Source: an uncultured delta proteobacterium
GTDB taxonomy: Bacteria; Myxococcota_A; Polyangia; Fen-1088
Direction: 5' to 3'
NCBI GenBank assembly: GCA_963796685.1
Contig: CAWCMR010000025.1
Coordinates: 1,408,001-1,472,000 of the forward strand
Length of the DNA stretch: 64,000 nt
Of the stretch, positions 63,992 to 64,000 are shown piece by piece. The notes below the pieces were generated by a model, which did not search any database, was not told where the DNA came from, and saw only the letters and a program-made list of their open reading frames with translations. The number at the start of each line of letters is the position of its first letter. The first letter of the stretch is position 1. The translations under genes were made by a program, and so were the position numbers.

Positions 63992-64000
63992 GGAACAGCG

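Overview
This is a GC-rich chromosomal segment. Gene content suggests a Myxococcota/Polyangia-like deltaproteobacterium: Hanks kinases with DUF4388-like tails, a TSP3-OmpA protein, an MXAN_5808-type S41 peptidase and a Gly-rich GH16 lipoprotein. Most of it is core genome: truD, exbB-exbD-tonB, trxA, hemC, ybgF-LysM-dprA-topA-xerC-hslVU, a UvrD/PcrA helicase, sodC, bioA, dapA-dapB and an HU/IHF gene. Accessory content: (1) one intact IS4 element with TIRs and a 10-bp target duplication, sitting between a CTAG-bounded MITE and a second repeat element; (2) at least three families of dispersed palindromic repeats; (3) a VapBC pair next to an XPB-like helicase plus DUF790 (Bax1-like) nuclease; (4) a nucleotidyltransferase/small-protein pair; (5) a second-messenger cluster that includes an unusual PD-(D/E)XK nuclease-like plus class III cyclase fusion; (6) a ~1 kb near-identical direct duplication of a 5'-nucleotidase bracketing a mosaic of short unrelated gene fragments; (7) a MurQ homologue with degenerate catalytic residues. 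hslU (two) and dapB (one) carry single-base frameshifts that look like sequencing errors. No rRNA, tRNA or CRISPR array was recognised. All calls come from reading motifs by eye; no database search was run.
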